The notes under the pieces: model-generated
What the model was told of the DNA's origin: nothing
Database searches by the model: none
The model's input: only the letters and a program-made list of their open reading frames with translations
Shown: piece by piece, positions 44,150 through 55,505 of the stretch
Position numbering within the stretch: the first letter of the stretch is position 1
Layout of the letters: every line of letters begins with the position of its first letter
Assembly: GCA_024704765.1 (NCBI GenBank)
Contig: JAKMXF010000222.1
Coordinates: 1,430,400-1,494,399 of the forward strand
DNA length: 64,000 nt
From: Oopsacas minuta
Taxonomy: Eukaryota > Animalia > Porifera
Reading direction: 5' to 3'
Position numbers and translations under genes: made by a program

Positions 44150-45433
44150 CAGGTAGCTCATAAGTTCTGTGACATTTTTCGAATTCGTAAATTTTCATTT
44201 CTAATGCTACAACAATAGTATTATCAAATGAATACCATTACTAGATATTCAATAATAGTATTTCATAAGTAGTTTCCTAATATATTTCATTTCAGTGTTG
44301 AATAACTTATGGAAAGCGATAGGTGTGCTGTGATTAAATTATTTCAGGCGGGACATAAACCAAGGGAAATTTCTAAAATGCTCAAAATGCCCAGGGGAAG
44401 AAGGATGTTTATTACTAGGGCCATTAAGAGATATTTGGAGACTGGGAAAGTTGAAGATAGGGCGAGGACTGGTCGTCCGTGTTCTGTTATGACTCCAAAA
44501 GTGCGAAAGGCGGTGCGGGAACAAATTCGGAGAAATCCCCGACGATCAATGCGTAAAATGGCATCTGTCCAAAGAATCGTTAAAAATCAATTAGGAATGA
44601 GATCATTCAAAAAGAAGACAGTGCACTTCCTTTCTAGTAAGATCATGGGAAAGAGACTGGTTAGGAGTAAGGGTCTGCTAAAGCGGCACGCTGTTTACGG
44701 GATAAACAACATTCTCTTTTCTGACGAGAAATTATTTACAATAGGGGAAGCTAACAATGCTCAAAATGACAATAATAGCAACTAGTTCTCAAGCAATCCC
44801 AGACGAGCTGCATTACATCGGACGAGTTCAAAAACCACAATCTGTCATGGTTTGGGCTGGAATTTCGGTAATTGGTCGGACATCCCTGATATTTGTCCCA
44901 CCAGGGGCTAAAATTAATTCAATTTCATATCGCAAACTGATATTAGAACCTGTACTGAAAGATCTAAGCCAGTCCATGTTGTCTGGAGAGTCATTTCTGT
45001 TTCAACAGGACGGTGCGCCTGCCCACACCTCCAAAGTCACTCAGGCATGGTTAAAAGAGAATATTCCCGATTTTATTCCCAAAGACGAATGGCCCCCATA
45101 CAGCCCCGATTTGAATCCAATGGATTACTCTATCTGGTCGATTTTGGAGACAAAGGCTTGTGCTAAGGCCCACACCAATGTAGAATCTCTTAAGGTGTCA
45201 TTGAGGAGAGAATGGGCTAAAGTACCTCAAGAAACACTGCGTGCTGCGGTTGAGGCCTTCCCTCGCAGATTAAAGGCTGTAATTGAGAAGAGGGAAGGTA
45301 TATAGAATAGTGGCTATTTCTAGCATATTATTAGCATATAGTGTTAGTCTAATTAGAACATCAAGCATGAATAGTACATTTTGAATATATAAATGGGTTA
45401 ACATAAATGTCACAAAACTTTTGAGCTACCCTG
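44150..45433 (+). mobile_element. Tc1/mariner maT-type (DD37D) transposon, frameshifted
   Basis: TIRs CAG(G)GTAGCTCA(T/A)AAGTT(C/T)TGTGACA with TA TSDs. ORFs 44309-44785 and 44757-45305 carry FSDEKLF, FQQDGAPAH and PPYSPDLNPMDYSIW, with 37 residues between the 2nd and 3rd Asp. Confidence 0.92.
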
Positions 45434-45950
45434 TAGTTATAATTAGAGTGCATTTGTGCATTTTATTTCACTATTTGGATTGAGGTGAAGAATTTTCCCT
45501 TGGATTCTAGGCCTTAGCAAGCAGTTTTCTATTGGTCAGGTTGACCTATACAAAATATATGAAGCTACCAATTAGAAAAGTCGGTTCGGTTGTTGCAAAT
45601 ATAACCCGTTAAAATGCAAATCACTTAAAAATTAATTGCTAATTTGCGCAGTGCTAAGTATATCCCGGTAGAAAAATGTTCTGACCCAACTAGGAATATT
45701 CCTACTTTCGCGGAAGATGACAATGAATATGAAGCGACGGTGTAAGCGCGATTTAGGGATTCCCGAGTTGTGCTTATAGCGGTGTCAGGGAATATGGTTT
45801 CCAAACAGTTCAAAGTTGGGCTATAAAAATGTAGCTCCGCATGCGGAATATGTAACTACCTTTGAGAGAGGACCAATGTCTTTATTTACAAATTTCGATG
45901 TTGGAACTGGTTAAATTTACGCAAGTTCCGCATGCGGATTTACATACGTA

Positions 45951-46500
45951 CGAGCCTTTGGCTCTTCGCTTCGCGATGAATTCGGCGCATTGCGCCTCGA
46001 GGTATTCAACAGACAACCACCAATTGAGATTTAATAATATTTTGATGTTGTTTACCATATTCGGACTCAGCATACTCGAATACCCCAGGATAGTCGTTGA
46101 AAGTATAATTCTACCTCAATTTTGAAATTTATACTTTATATTCATAAAAACAACAAAAAATTTACATATAAGAAAACTTGAAAATGCGAAATTCGGATTC
46201 AGCGTACTTACCTCTGGGTAGCCGTTTAGAGCAAGCCTGTACGTATATATTGAGATTTGGCTAATTTGTTTACTTTATATACATAAAATCAACAATAAAT
46301 TTACATATGATTAATCCAAAAGTGTGAAATTCGGATTCCGCATGTTCGATATATTTAGTGAATTTTGATTGAATTCCATTTACTTCCTTGATAAACACGA
46401 TAAATACATATTATGGGACAATTTCAAAATTGCATACCATAAATCCTTTCCTTGACAACGGACAAACAAACAGACAACAATTGTGATAAAATAATATAAA
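45951..46500 (-). mobile_element. Non-autonomous Helitron-like repeat, copy C
   Basis: Reverse complement of the 3531/11245 family, with the same terminal GAGCCAAAGGCTCG|TA. Confidence 0.65.
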
Positions 46501-47133
46501 TTTCGCATGTAGATTTACATTTTAGTAACTCCTAAAAAATGATTCCCTAGTGTAAAATGTTCGTGGGGGCATTATTCACAGTGAACACTATTCGATGTGA
46601 AACGGAATATATTAACTTACGGGTATCAAGAATTTAGCTAAATTATTATTTCTGTATGAAACTTGTACAATGATTACCCTCGTTGACCGAAAGATGATTG
46701 TGGAAGAATTTCCACCAGAAAATTGTTCTCGGAGAAAATTCGCCGTTGTTCCAGGTTGGCGTAGGGATTTACACTAGACTAGTGGTCATACCTGTTTGGA
46801 TGTTGTTCCAGGTCATTTTGAGGACATTATGCGTTGGTTTGAGCGGGTATCTACCCTGAATTAGAGTTTATACATGCATGGATGCTTCCACAACCATATC
46901 TCCATGACTAACTTTCCACCATTCGATTACCCTAGATATTCAATAATATTCAAATAGATTTTTAATAACTACTAATAATGCCATACAAATACACAAAAAG
47001 GTTGCACGCACAAACTAATGGCACCTAAATATAACTAGGCTAACACTACTAATTTCATATAGAAATACACTACTGTAGTAAATGGGAAAACTTTCTAAAT
47101 TGGTCAATATGTTGATCAGCTAAGAGAGAAGAA

Positions 47134-47424
47134 CTATTTCAGCTTTAGAAATACTTCGAGTTCTTCGCCTTCAATTGCTTCTTCAAATTTTTCAAAGTTG
47201 CCACAATATTGGTCACCATTTGCCAGTTGAGGAGCGAGAGCCTTTTCATCTCCAACAATTTTCCTCATTTTAGCTTTGCTATCTTCGCTAGCTGCGATAT
47301 CAATCTTATTATAAGCAATCTTCTTACTGTCTAAAACATTCTGTATCCTATCTTGTTGTTTCTTGATCTCAAGATTGCTGGAAACACTTGAGTAATAGTA
47401 ATCAATCTTTGCTACTTCTGCCAT
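47134..47424 (-). CDS. SH3BGRL: SH3 domain-binding glutamate-rich-like protein (thioredoxin-like fold)
   Basis: YYSSVSSNLEIKKQQ, LDSKKI, PQLANGDQYCGNFEKFEEAIE and LEVFLKL match the SH3BGR family. Confidence 0.88.
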   Translation of the reverse strand: MAEVAKIDYYYSSVSSNLEIKKQQDRIQNVLDSKKIAYNKIDIAASEDSKAKMRKIVGDEKALAPQLANGDQYCGNFEKFEEAIEGEELEVFLKLK

Positions 47425-48881
47425 TTGCTTTGAAAATGTTGGTTAGTTGAATAAATAAATGCTACTATAAATGGTTGTAATTGAATCTAGCTAGTGAATC
47501 TCAATATATACCTTTGAATTGATGGTTATCTCTGCCTATCCAACTCCATGTACTGTACATAGTGTCTGCACACTTTATCAGTAACAATACAATAGAAGTC
47601 TTCTGAAACAAGTTTTATAAGTCATCAACTGTTAGTTGAATGGTAAGCTAACATTTTGAAATCTGCAAATGCCTCCATTTATTGAGCTTCTATTCTTTTC
47701 TGCTTTTCACTCCGAGGTCACAACCACATATTTCCAATAACTACTACGTACGTACTTTGACTGATTGCCCGGATGACTGTAATGATCACTGGACTGATTA
47801 AAATTATATATTATTATTATTTATGCTTAGCAAATTCACGCAAAATAAGGATAAGACAATGATCTCCCGAGGAGGGAATGCAATATAAAGGGGCTTCCCT
47901 ATTTCACGGAAAGGAACGGACTAGTTACTTTTCCAACTATACTAAGAGTATAGTGGGTTAGTATTGTTTTAGTATTGTTTTAAAATAGAATAAAATTATC
48001 GATTAGTAATACGATTTTAGCTACCATAATGGCCTAACAGTGTCCTTTTCGTGTTAACTTCACGGTTTTGACATTAATTTTAATCCTATGATTTGAGGAT
48101 AAAACCTGAAGTAGGGAACAAATAATATTGAATGTCAACACATGTATTTAACCTGAAGTATTTCTTAGATCCAGGAGCCCAAATCAGTCAGTGTCTGATA
48201 CGGGGGGGTTAGGGGGTGTCGCCCCATGAAAAGAACACAAACAAATAACCCTGAGCTGCACTACCAGTCTGTCGGCTGGACATTTTCAAATTTTCTAGGA
48301 ATACTATAGTATACTAGCTACAAGCTTGGCAGATATATTATCATCAATTACGAAAAATATGAAATGTCACATCAAATGAAGAAAACGTTATAAAAATATT
48401 CTGCGATTTCCGAGGGCAAATGTGTGGAAAATTTCATTTATCGGATTTTCCTCAAGTAAACTTGTCAGTTCCGTTTCGAAAATAATGTATCAAAATTGTC
48501 TGTTCCGTGTGATAGGGAACACCGTAATTTAGAGGTACTAAAAAGTCGAGTGTGTATGCTCACAGGGTCGAGTTCGATTACGATGATGACATGCATTTAG
48601 GTCTGTGGAATTCCTGATACAAATCCAATGTAAAATTCAGAACCTCACTTACAAAAGTGTCATAAAATGCAATAATACTCAACTTACAAATGATATTCTA
48701 GCTAAATTAAGAATTTTTCATTAATACTCGTTATATCCCTTCAAAACCAGAACTACAACTAGCAGGTAGTAAACATCTAGGCAACACCCAAGAACATTGC
48801 TGACCCAAATCCAGGGAAATTCTAAACAACACTTAGAATTTGTCACAAAATGCAATAATCCTGCATGCTGAGCATGCACAC

Positions 48882-48952
48882 TAGAGGTGACAAGCCCGGC
48901 CCGAGCCAGAGAACCGTTCGGGCTCGGGCCTTTTGGCTTGTTGCGACCTCTA
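48882..48952. mobile_element. 71-bp hAT-like micro-MITE upstream of Rab11 copy 1
   Basis: TAGAGGTGACAA ... TTGCGACCTCTA, 8-bp TSD ATGCACAC / ATGCGCAC (7/8), and an internal GCCCGAGCC...GGCTCGGGC hairpin. Confidence 0.7.
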
Positions 48953-49071
48953 ATGCGCACTAGACCTTTTATTATATGTAATTTCTACGAATTTCAGGAT
49001 TATTGAGTGCTAAATACTTTTTAATACATTTCTATATTTGGTTTTAGTTTATTGATCTGAATCCTATCAAT

Positions 49072-49728
49072 ATGACTACTGGTGTTTCTTCGTATGCGAA
49101 AGACGATGAATACGACTTTCTTTTTAAAATTGTCCTCATTGGTGATAGTGGAGTAGGAAAATCTAACATACTATCTAGGTTCACTAGAAATGAATTTGAT
49201 CTCGAGTCTAAAACCACGATTGGAGTAGAGTTCGCTACCAGGAGTATCCAAATTGACTCTAAGAAAATAAAGGCTCAGATTTGGGATACAGCTGGCCAGG
49301 AGAGGTACCGCGCGATTACTAACGCCTACTACAGAGGTGCAGTAGGAGCTCTCCTCGTCTACGACATAGCTAAGCACCTGACTTATGAGAATGTAGAGAG
49401 ATGGCTAAAGGAGCTGAAAGATCATGCAGACGCTAATATAGTAGTTATGCTAGTAGGTAACAAGTCTGATCTCAGACATCTACGTGCTGTGCCTACTGAG
49501 GAGGCCAAACAATTTGCGGAAAGGAATCATCTATCTTTCCTAGAGACATCCGCGCTTGACAGCACTAATGTAGAGGAGGCATTTGAGTCGATTGTCAGAG
49601 AAATCTTTCATCTGGTCTACGAACAGAGGGTCGACTCTCCCATAGATGGACCCAATAGGCCTATTGAGATTGACAAGCTGGATAAGTCAGAATTCAAGCT
49701 GAGCACCTGTTGTAACAAGAGCTCTTAG
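49072..49728 (+). CDS. RAB11: Rab11 GTPase, tandem copy 1, intronless
   Basis: [68 protein letters not shown] and ETSAL. C-terminus CCNKSS. Confidence 0.95.
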   Translation: MTTGVSSYAKDDEYDFLFKIVLIGDSGVGKSNILSRFTRNEFDLESKTTIGVEFATRSIQIDSKKIKAQIWDTAGQERYRAITNAYYRGAVGALLVYDIAKHLTYENVERWLKELKDHADANIVVMLVGNKSDLRHLRAVPTEEAKQFAERNHLSFLETSALDSTNVEEAFESIVREIFHLVYEQRVDSPIDGPNRPIEIDKLDKSEFKLSTCCNKSS

Positions 49729-50695
49729 CTATGCAGGTGTCACATAACCTGCTTTGTCTGTACAGACTAGATGCTTTCAGTAAAGTTAATGAGATAAATA
49801 CTAAATCATCTATACTAATAGTCTTATCTTTCTGAACTGTCCGTGTTTGATTATTATTACTAAATTTAATGATAAGTCCAAGAGAATTGTATAATTACCA
49901 ATTTCAGTTTTCAATTCTTTATTTTATTACTTTTAACTCAGGAGCTTATGTGATGTTTTTAATCGTTCATTGTTAGGGGTGGTGAATGATTGTCATTATC
50001 AACATACCTAGTAGCTATTAGACTTGAATGGTTCTGTAATAGACATTTAAATGTGTAGAATCTGAATCTGAAATCAAATCAGCAACATCTTATACATAGT
50101 TGTCAAGCCTCACGGATCTGAAGTAAGTCTCACTCTAACTTTTGCAGTCTCACTTTAAAATTTAATGTTAAAACCTTGAAGTTAACACGAAAGGACAGTC
50201 TCAGGTCATTATGGTAGCTAAAATCGTATTACAATCGATATTTTTAATTCTTTTCATAAAAACTAGCTAAAATTACAATAATTAAATTTTCAAAAGTTGA
50301 CAACTATGCTTAAATAAATTGAATTCATTACTGCTAAATATTAGAGTTAGTTTAGTACTTTTTCAATGGATATTTTTTGATGTACGAACACATGGTAGGG
50401 GAGGGCTTTAGGAAAATGAATATTACATATACCAAATTAGCCATTGCTAGGTGTGGCTACTTGCTTATGAATGAATAGGAAGCAATTATGTCCAGGTATA
50501 TATGTATCGTTAAGTCGGATAAAGCCTTTTCTGACTTACAAACCTAAAGAGCTGATACCATAAAAGGTATCACTTTATTGCGTTTAAATAGTATTAATTC
50601 TGATTATGTTATTGTTAGTCTTCTTCTGTTGTATGTATAAATTCTTTATACATATACTTGTTTGTTATGTTAGTGAATAGTAAACAAACTTTAAG

Positions 50696-51361
50696 ATGAC
50701 CAGCAGCATTGCATATAACAAAGAAGTTGATTACGACTTCTTGTTCAAGATTGTTATGATAGGAGACAGTGGAGTCGGTAAGTCAAACCTACTCTCTCGA
50801 TTCACTAGGAACGAGTTTACCATTGAGTGCCTCTCAACTATTGGAGTTGAGTTTGCTACAAAGAGTGTTGCAGTTGATGCTAAGAATATAAAGGCTCAAA
50901 TCTGGGACACAGCTGGACAGGAGCGCTTCTGTGCTATCTCTAACGTATACTACAGACGGGCAGTAGGTGCACTACTCGTGTATGACATCACAGATTCACA
51001 GACGTATGATAACGTTACAAATTGGCTAAAGGACCTGAAGGATCATGCTGACGGTAACATAGTAGTAATGCTAGTTGGTAACAAATCCGATCTAAAACAT
51101 CTACGAGCTGTACCCACAGAAATGGCTCAACAATTCGCAGAATCAAATCAGATGTCATTCATTGAAACTTCAGCTCTTAGCAGCAAAAATGTAGAAGAGG
51201 CATTTACATCTGTAGTGAAGGATATATACCATTTAGTATATGACCATTGTATCCCAATGTCTCCGATAGATGAGGTAGAGAAAGCTCTGGAGATTGATAC
51301 TATGCCAGAGGACTCAGAATTTAAGTTACCTAACTGTTGCAACAAAAAGACCTCTTCTTAA
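50696..51361 (+). CDS. RAB11: Divergent Rab11-like GTPase, tandem copy 2, intronless
   Basis: All G boxes are intact, but switch I reads [13 protein letters not shown] and switch II reads [18 protein letters not shown]-terminus CCNKKTSS. Confidence 0.85.
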   Translation: MTSSIAYNKEVDYDFLFKIVMIGDSGVGKSNLLSRFTRNEFTIECLSTIGVEFATKSVAVDAKNIKAQIWDTAGQERFCAISNVYYRRAVGALLVYDITDSQTYDNVTNWLKDLKDHADGNIVVMLVGNKSDLKHLRAVPTEMAQQFAESNQMSFIETSALSSKNVEEAFTSVVKDIYHLVYDHCIPMSPIDEVEKALEIDTMPEDSEFKLPNCCNKKTSS

Positions 51362-52513
51362 GCCACTCTTGTGTTTGTTTCTAGATGAAGATATTCTCAC
51401 AAATTTGGATGGAAAAATGTATTTTGCTCTTCTCATATGTCTTATCATAATTGCTGTGACTATTTTAACTCATTTTTGTAAGTTTCTCCATTTGTAATAT
51501 CTTTTCAGAGCTTTAAAACCAATGGGCATAACCTATTGGGTCAATTATTTACCTCTGGGTCTCGAGAAGCTATTGACATGATTGCGATTGGAAATGTACT
51601 AACATTACAAAATGGTTGGCTATCTATAAAGTTGGGAAATGAGATTAAATCCCAATTCATTTATTCAATCTCAATCACTTAGATTCAAGTCCTATTTTGA
51701 GCCGGTGTCATTGGGAATATTGTATCCTCGAACATTATTTCCTAGTGAATAATGTTTAGGGAAACAGGATTCCCTACGGAATACTGTACGGAATACTTGT
51801 TCCCGTTGTTCCGTCCTTGACCCGCGTACATGTTGCTAAGTGGTCAAGGGGAAACACTCGGAGAAACAGGGTTTCCTAGGAATGATGTTTCCCTAAACAT
51901 CATTCACTAGTGAATAATGTTCGGGGAACACTATTCCCTGAATTTGGTAAGGGGAACAGGATTACCTCTGACCGCATTGGGATGGCTATTAGTGGGATCG
52001 AGTTTGCCCCTGATGTAGATCATATAATTCCTATCTATACTAATTTGAAGTGTGTAGCGTATAGCGTATGTAACTATAAGCATTTCAAATGTAATATAGT
52101 GAGACAAATATCGTATTCTACTTAGATCGACTAATCAATAACTATAACAGAAACACATGTTTCTATTTCCTACAGACTGATAAGTCACAGCAATACTTCA
52201 TCTAGCCTCCTCTCCCTTAGGGGAAAACCTTAGTAAATCCACCCTTTGACACTGGGTTCACCACTGCACTAGCCACATTTTATTAGATACATAGTATGAT
52301 ATATTAATATGATGGTTCAGATTTAATCATATGCTGGTAGCTTCAAGAAAATTATGATTCGTCGATTTGCGTCATTACCTGAATTAATTAATTATTCGTC
52401 ATTCATGTGTTTACATAACGTTTTCACTTTCACGTAGTATAGTATTGCTCAAAAACTATATAATACCTATCTAATACAAATGAATTAATATCCTTACTAC
52501 ATTAGATAAACAA

Positions 52514-53164
52514 ATGACATATACTTCTTATAACAAAGACGATGAGTACGACTATCTGTTCAAGATAGTATTGATAGGAGATAGCGGAGTTGGAAAGTCT
52601 AATCTCCTCTCTAGATTTACCAGAAATGAATTCGACTTAGAATCTCGTACAACTATAGGAGTTGAATTCGCTACTAGAAGTATCCCGGTAGATAACAAGA
52701 CTATAAAGGCTCAGATATGGGATACAGCTGGTCAGGAAAGGTTCCGCGCGATTACTAACGCCTACTACAGAGGTGCAGTAGGAGCTCTCCTCGTCTACGA
52801 CATAGCTAAGCATATGACATACGAGAATGTAGAGAGATGGCTAAAGGAGCTGAAAGATCATGCAGACGCTAATATAGTAGTTATGCTAGTAGGTAACAAA
52901 TGTGATCTCAGACATCTACGTGCTGTGCCTACTGAGGAGGCCAAACAATTCGCGGATAAAAACGAACTCATTTTCATTGAAACCTCTGCTCTTGATAGTA
53001 CAAACGTAGAGGAAGCATTCAAATCAATTGTGAATGAGATCTTCCAGCTAGTACATACTAACCGACAAAATGACTCTCCTGACCTAATGGATAAAGCTAT
53101 AGAGATAGATAAACTGGTAGATGGCCCTGACGTAAAGTTTCCTAACTGTTGCAGCAAGTTGTAA
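52514..53164 (+). CDS. RAB11: Rab11 GTPase, tandem copy 3, intronless
   Basis: [27 protein letters not shown] and [23 protein letters not shown]-terminus CCSKL. Confidence 0.95.
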   Translation: MTYTSYNKDDEYDYLFKIVLIGDSGVGKSNLLSRFTRNEFDLESRTTIGVEFATRSIPVDNKTIKAQIWDTAGQERFRAITNAYYRGAVGALLVYDIAKHMTYENVERWLKELKDHADANIVVMLVGNKCDLRHLRAVPTEEAKQFADKNELIFIETSALDSTNVEEAFKSIVNEIFQLVHTNRQNDSPDLMDKAIEIDKLVDGPDVKFPNCCSKL

Positions 53165-53584
53165 CCTTATGTTGAATAAATAATTTGTAATGTATTATAT
53201 ATATATGTAGAGTATTTACTTCTGTATTGGATCTGAATCTTACAGTATGTGCGAGTGTGTATTACATGTTGTAGAGTTGTTAGTTGAAAATTCTAGTACC
53301 ATACTGTCCGCACAGGGAAAACATAATGCATACTACATCCTTAGTACATTAATACAATATATTAATTAATCAGAGTCAGCTCGCAATCTATGAGCGTTTT
53401 ACGAAGGTCATATGGGGTATACTATTCCTGGCAACACCATTCAGTACTATTTCTTCTAGTAAATTCACTAATTGGAAATGCTTTTCTAATCCCGGTGTCA
53501 CAGTGAATAGTGTTCCCCCGAAAATTATTCTCTAGGAACACAATTCCCTCTTGTATAATGCCATACTTACTAACTCCTTATAAC

Positions 53585-55135
53585 CAAGGTTGCAACTGAA
53601 TAATTCAATATTCGGTTCAACCGAATAATATTTGGCGAATAGTTCAATATTCGAAGGGAGACATTTGTGTACAGTACCTCATGCGACGTTTGTGTACAGA
53701 TTTGCTGGTGCCCGAAAATATTAGCCCAATGAAAACGTTTAAACCCTCTGAGAAGGGCTTGAAATATATAATCGCCCCGGCTATTATTCGAGGTAGTACT
53801 GTAATCTTGATTGTCTGTTTGTCCTATTTCTATAAAGTTAGAACAGAGTAGTTGATAGTTGGTCACGAGTTGAGGGGGCCAAAAAAAGTCCCAAGTTTGA
53901 AACATCAAATGTTTAAACGCGTAGAGCAAGTAGCAGGCTTGTATAATCTAGTCTTTCCTTCAATTATCGCTTACATATAATGTGTGCTATTTTAGCTTCG
54001 CTATTATATAAATCTCGTATTTAGAAAACTATATCTACTGTCATACTGGAATTTAGGAACGTAACACCACCATTCTCATTAAACCATAGAATTCAGGAAC
54101 GTAACCCATCGTTCTATTTATGTAAGTAGCCACCTGTTAAATCAAAAACAGTGGAAGTATTAATTTGTATAAATTTTATTGATGAAACCCAATTATTGAA
54201 AATTTAACAGATTTAGCCAGAAGTTGTTGACATGTTCGATAACATTCTGCAATACATAGTATGGGTTGACCCAAAGTCGTCTCAATGTGATTTTGATGCA
54301 GCAGTAATAGAAATTTGTCGTTTTTAGCGCTTTGTCGTTAAAATCCGTAATTTAATGTATTTATACTTATAACATATTATCCTAATTGTTTATCATATCG
54401 AAATAAGGTAACACTAAAATCTACAATATTTGTGCCCTATAGAGATAGTCTAAAAGCAATACTTTTAAGGTAAGTAAGGAGAGGCCTAGTGTGGTAACTC
54501 ATCACCAATCCAAGTTATTATCCTTCCATATTCTTGGAAATCCCTCCATTCATCAATGCTACTTTCACGCATTCAGAATTCAATTTGATCTTGTATCCCA
54601 CTTTCAGGCTAGGTTTTGCAAGGGTAACAAGTCTTTCATCCAGTCCAAGTGATATTTATTGGAGGGAATATTGTGTATTTCGCAAGGGGAGAAGAATGGC
54701 TATCAGGACTTAAAACGGCTTCTCCATCAGTTCATAAGTTGATAGGGTGGTAGAACAATTTAGAGCGTTCGAGAGAACAATTCCATTGAGAGGAACCCAT
54801 TTATTTTCCAAAAATGATTCCCATCGGATAGACAAGTAGTCCATAATGATGTGCAAAACTTTCGATTAGGTACTTAAATTGTTATTACAACCTGATATGC
54901 TCAGAATTTGATTTACATATAATTTTATATAGAACTGTACACAAATGTCGCTCTAAAGGCAGCTAATGCGACGATTGTGTACAGTTATATGTATACACAA
55001 ACGTCGTACTAGTTTCGTACACAAAAGTCATACTCCCTTCAATATTCGTTTACCAACCCCGAATATCAGTATTCGGTATTCGGTTAAGCAACTATTCATG
55101 AATACTGATATTCGGTTCGATCGGTTTCAACCTTG
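53585..55135. mobile_element. hAT-like element (middle member of the nested stack)
   Basis: CAAGGTTGCAAC ... GGTTTCAACCTTG, flanks CTTATAAC / TTTGTAAC (6/8). An uninterrupted short relative lies at 55506-55673. Confidence 0.65.
53654..55039. mobile_element. MULE-like non-autonomous element (inner member of the nested stack)
   Basis: Ends AAGGGAG ... CTCCCTT, subterminal TTTGTGTACA / TGTACACAAA repeats, and a perfect 9-bp TSD CAATATTCG (53645-53653 and 55040-55048). Confidence 0.7.
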
Positions 55136-55505
55136 TTTGTAACCGTTTACCATTTACATTTTATATATATGTAAATAATTTTCCCTCTTTTATGAGAAAA
55201 ATGCCAGAAATATCTAATTTTCCCCTGTATCATATATCAAATCCATGGATGGATGATAATGTTCTGGGGAACACTATTCGCTGTGACATAGGGATTTAAA
55301 AAGGTCAATTCATAGCCTATGGTCAGTCCTTAAACTGGGATTAGAATCAAAACAATCCCCATGACTCTAGATTTCCTGAATTGTAAGCCCTATCAATATG
55401 TCCCTGAGTTACACATGTTTGTGATTCCCTGTGTCATCGCACGCTACATATAATAGTTCCCCATTATACTGGTAGGATACTGGTTTGATAATTATTAGTT
55501 ATATC

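Larger units (their letters stand above)
47992..50245. repeat. Pair of about 90-bp inverted repeats (47992-48083 and 50155-50245) bracketing Rab11 copy 1
   Basis: ATCGATT(A)GTAATACGATTTTAGCTACCATAATG...TTTCGTGTTAACTTCA...ACATTAA occurs in opposite orientations at the two positions. Confidence 0.7.
53489..55295. mobile_element. Putative TIR element (outer member of a nested stack)
   Basis: Inverted ends ATCCCGGTGTCACAGTGAATAGTGTTCCCCCGAA / TTCTGGGGAACACTATTCGCTGTGACATAGGGAT. Related motifs occur near 3340-3380, 46570 and 51700-51940. TSD unclear. Confidence 0.5.

Noticed and set aside
45862-46125. ORFs 45862-46125 (+), 45882-46073 (-) and 3419-3607 (+)
   Set aside because: They are chance frames across the non-coding Helitron-like repeat.
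48721-48960. 79-aa minus-strand ORF upstream of Rab11 copy 1
   Set aside because: It reads through the 71-bp MITE and AT-rich flank, with no coding signature.
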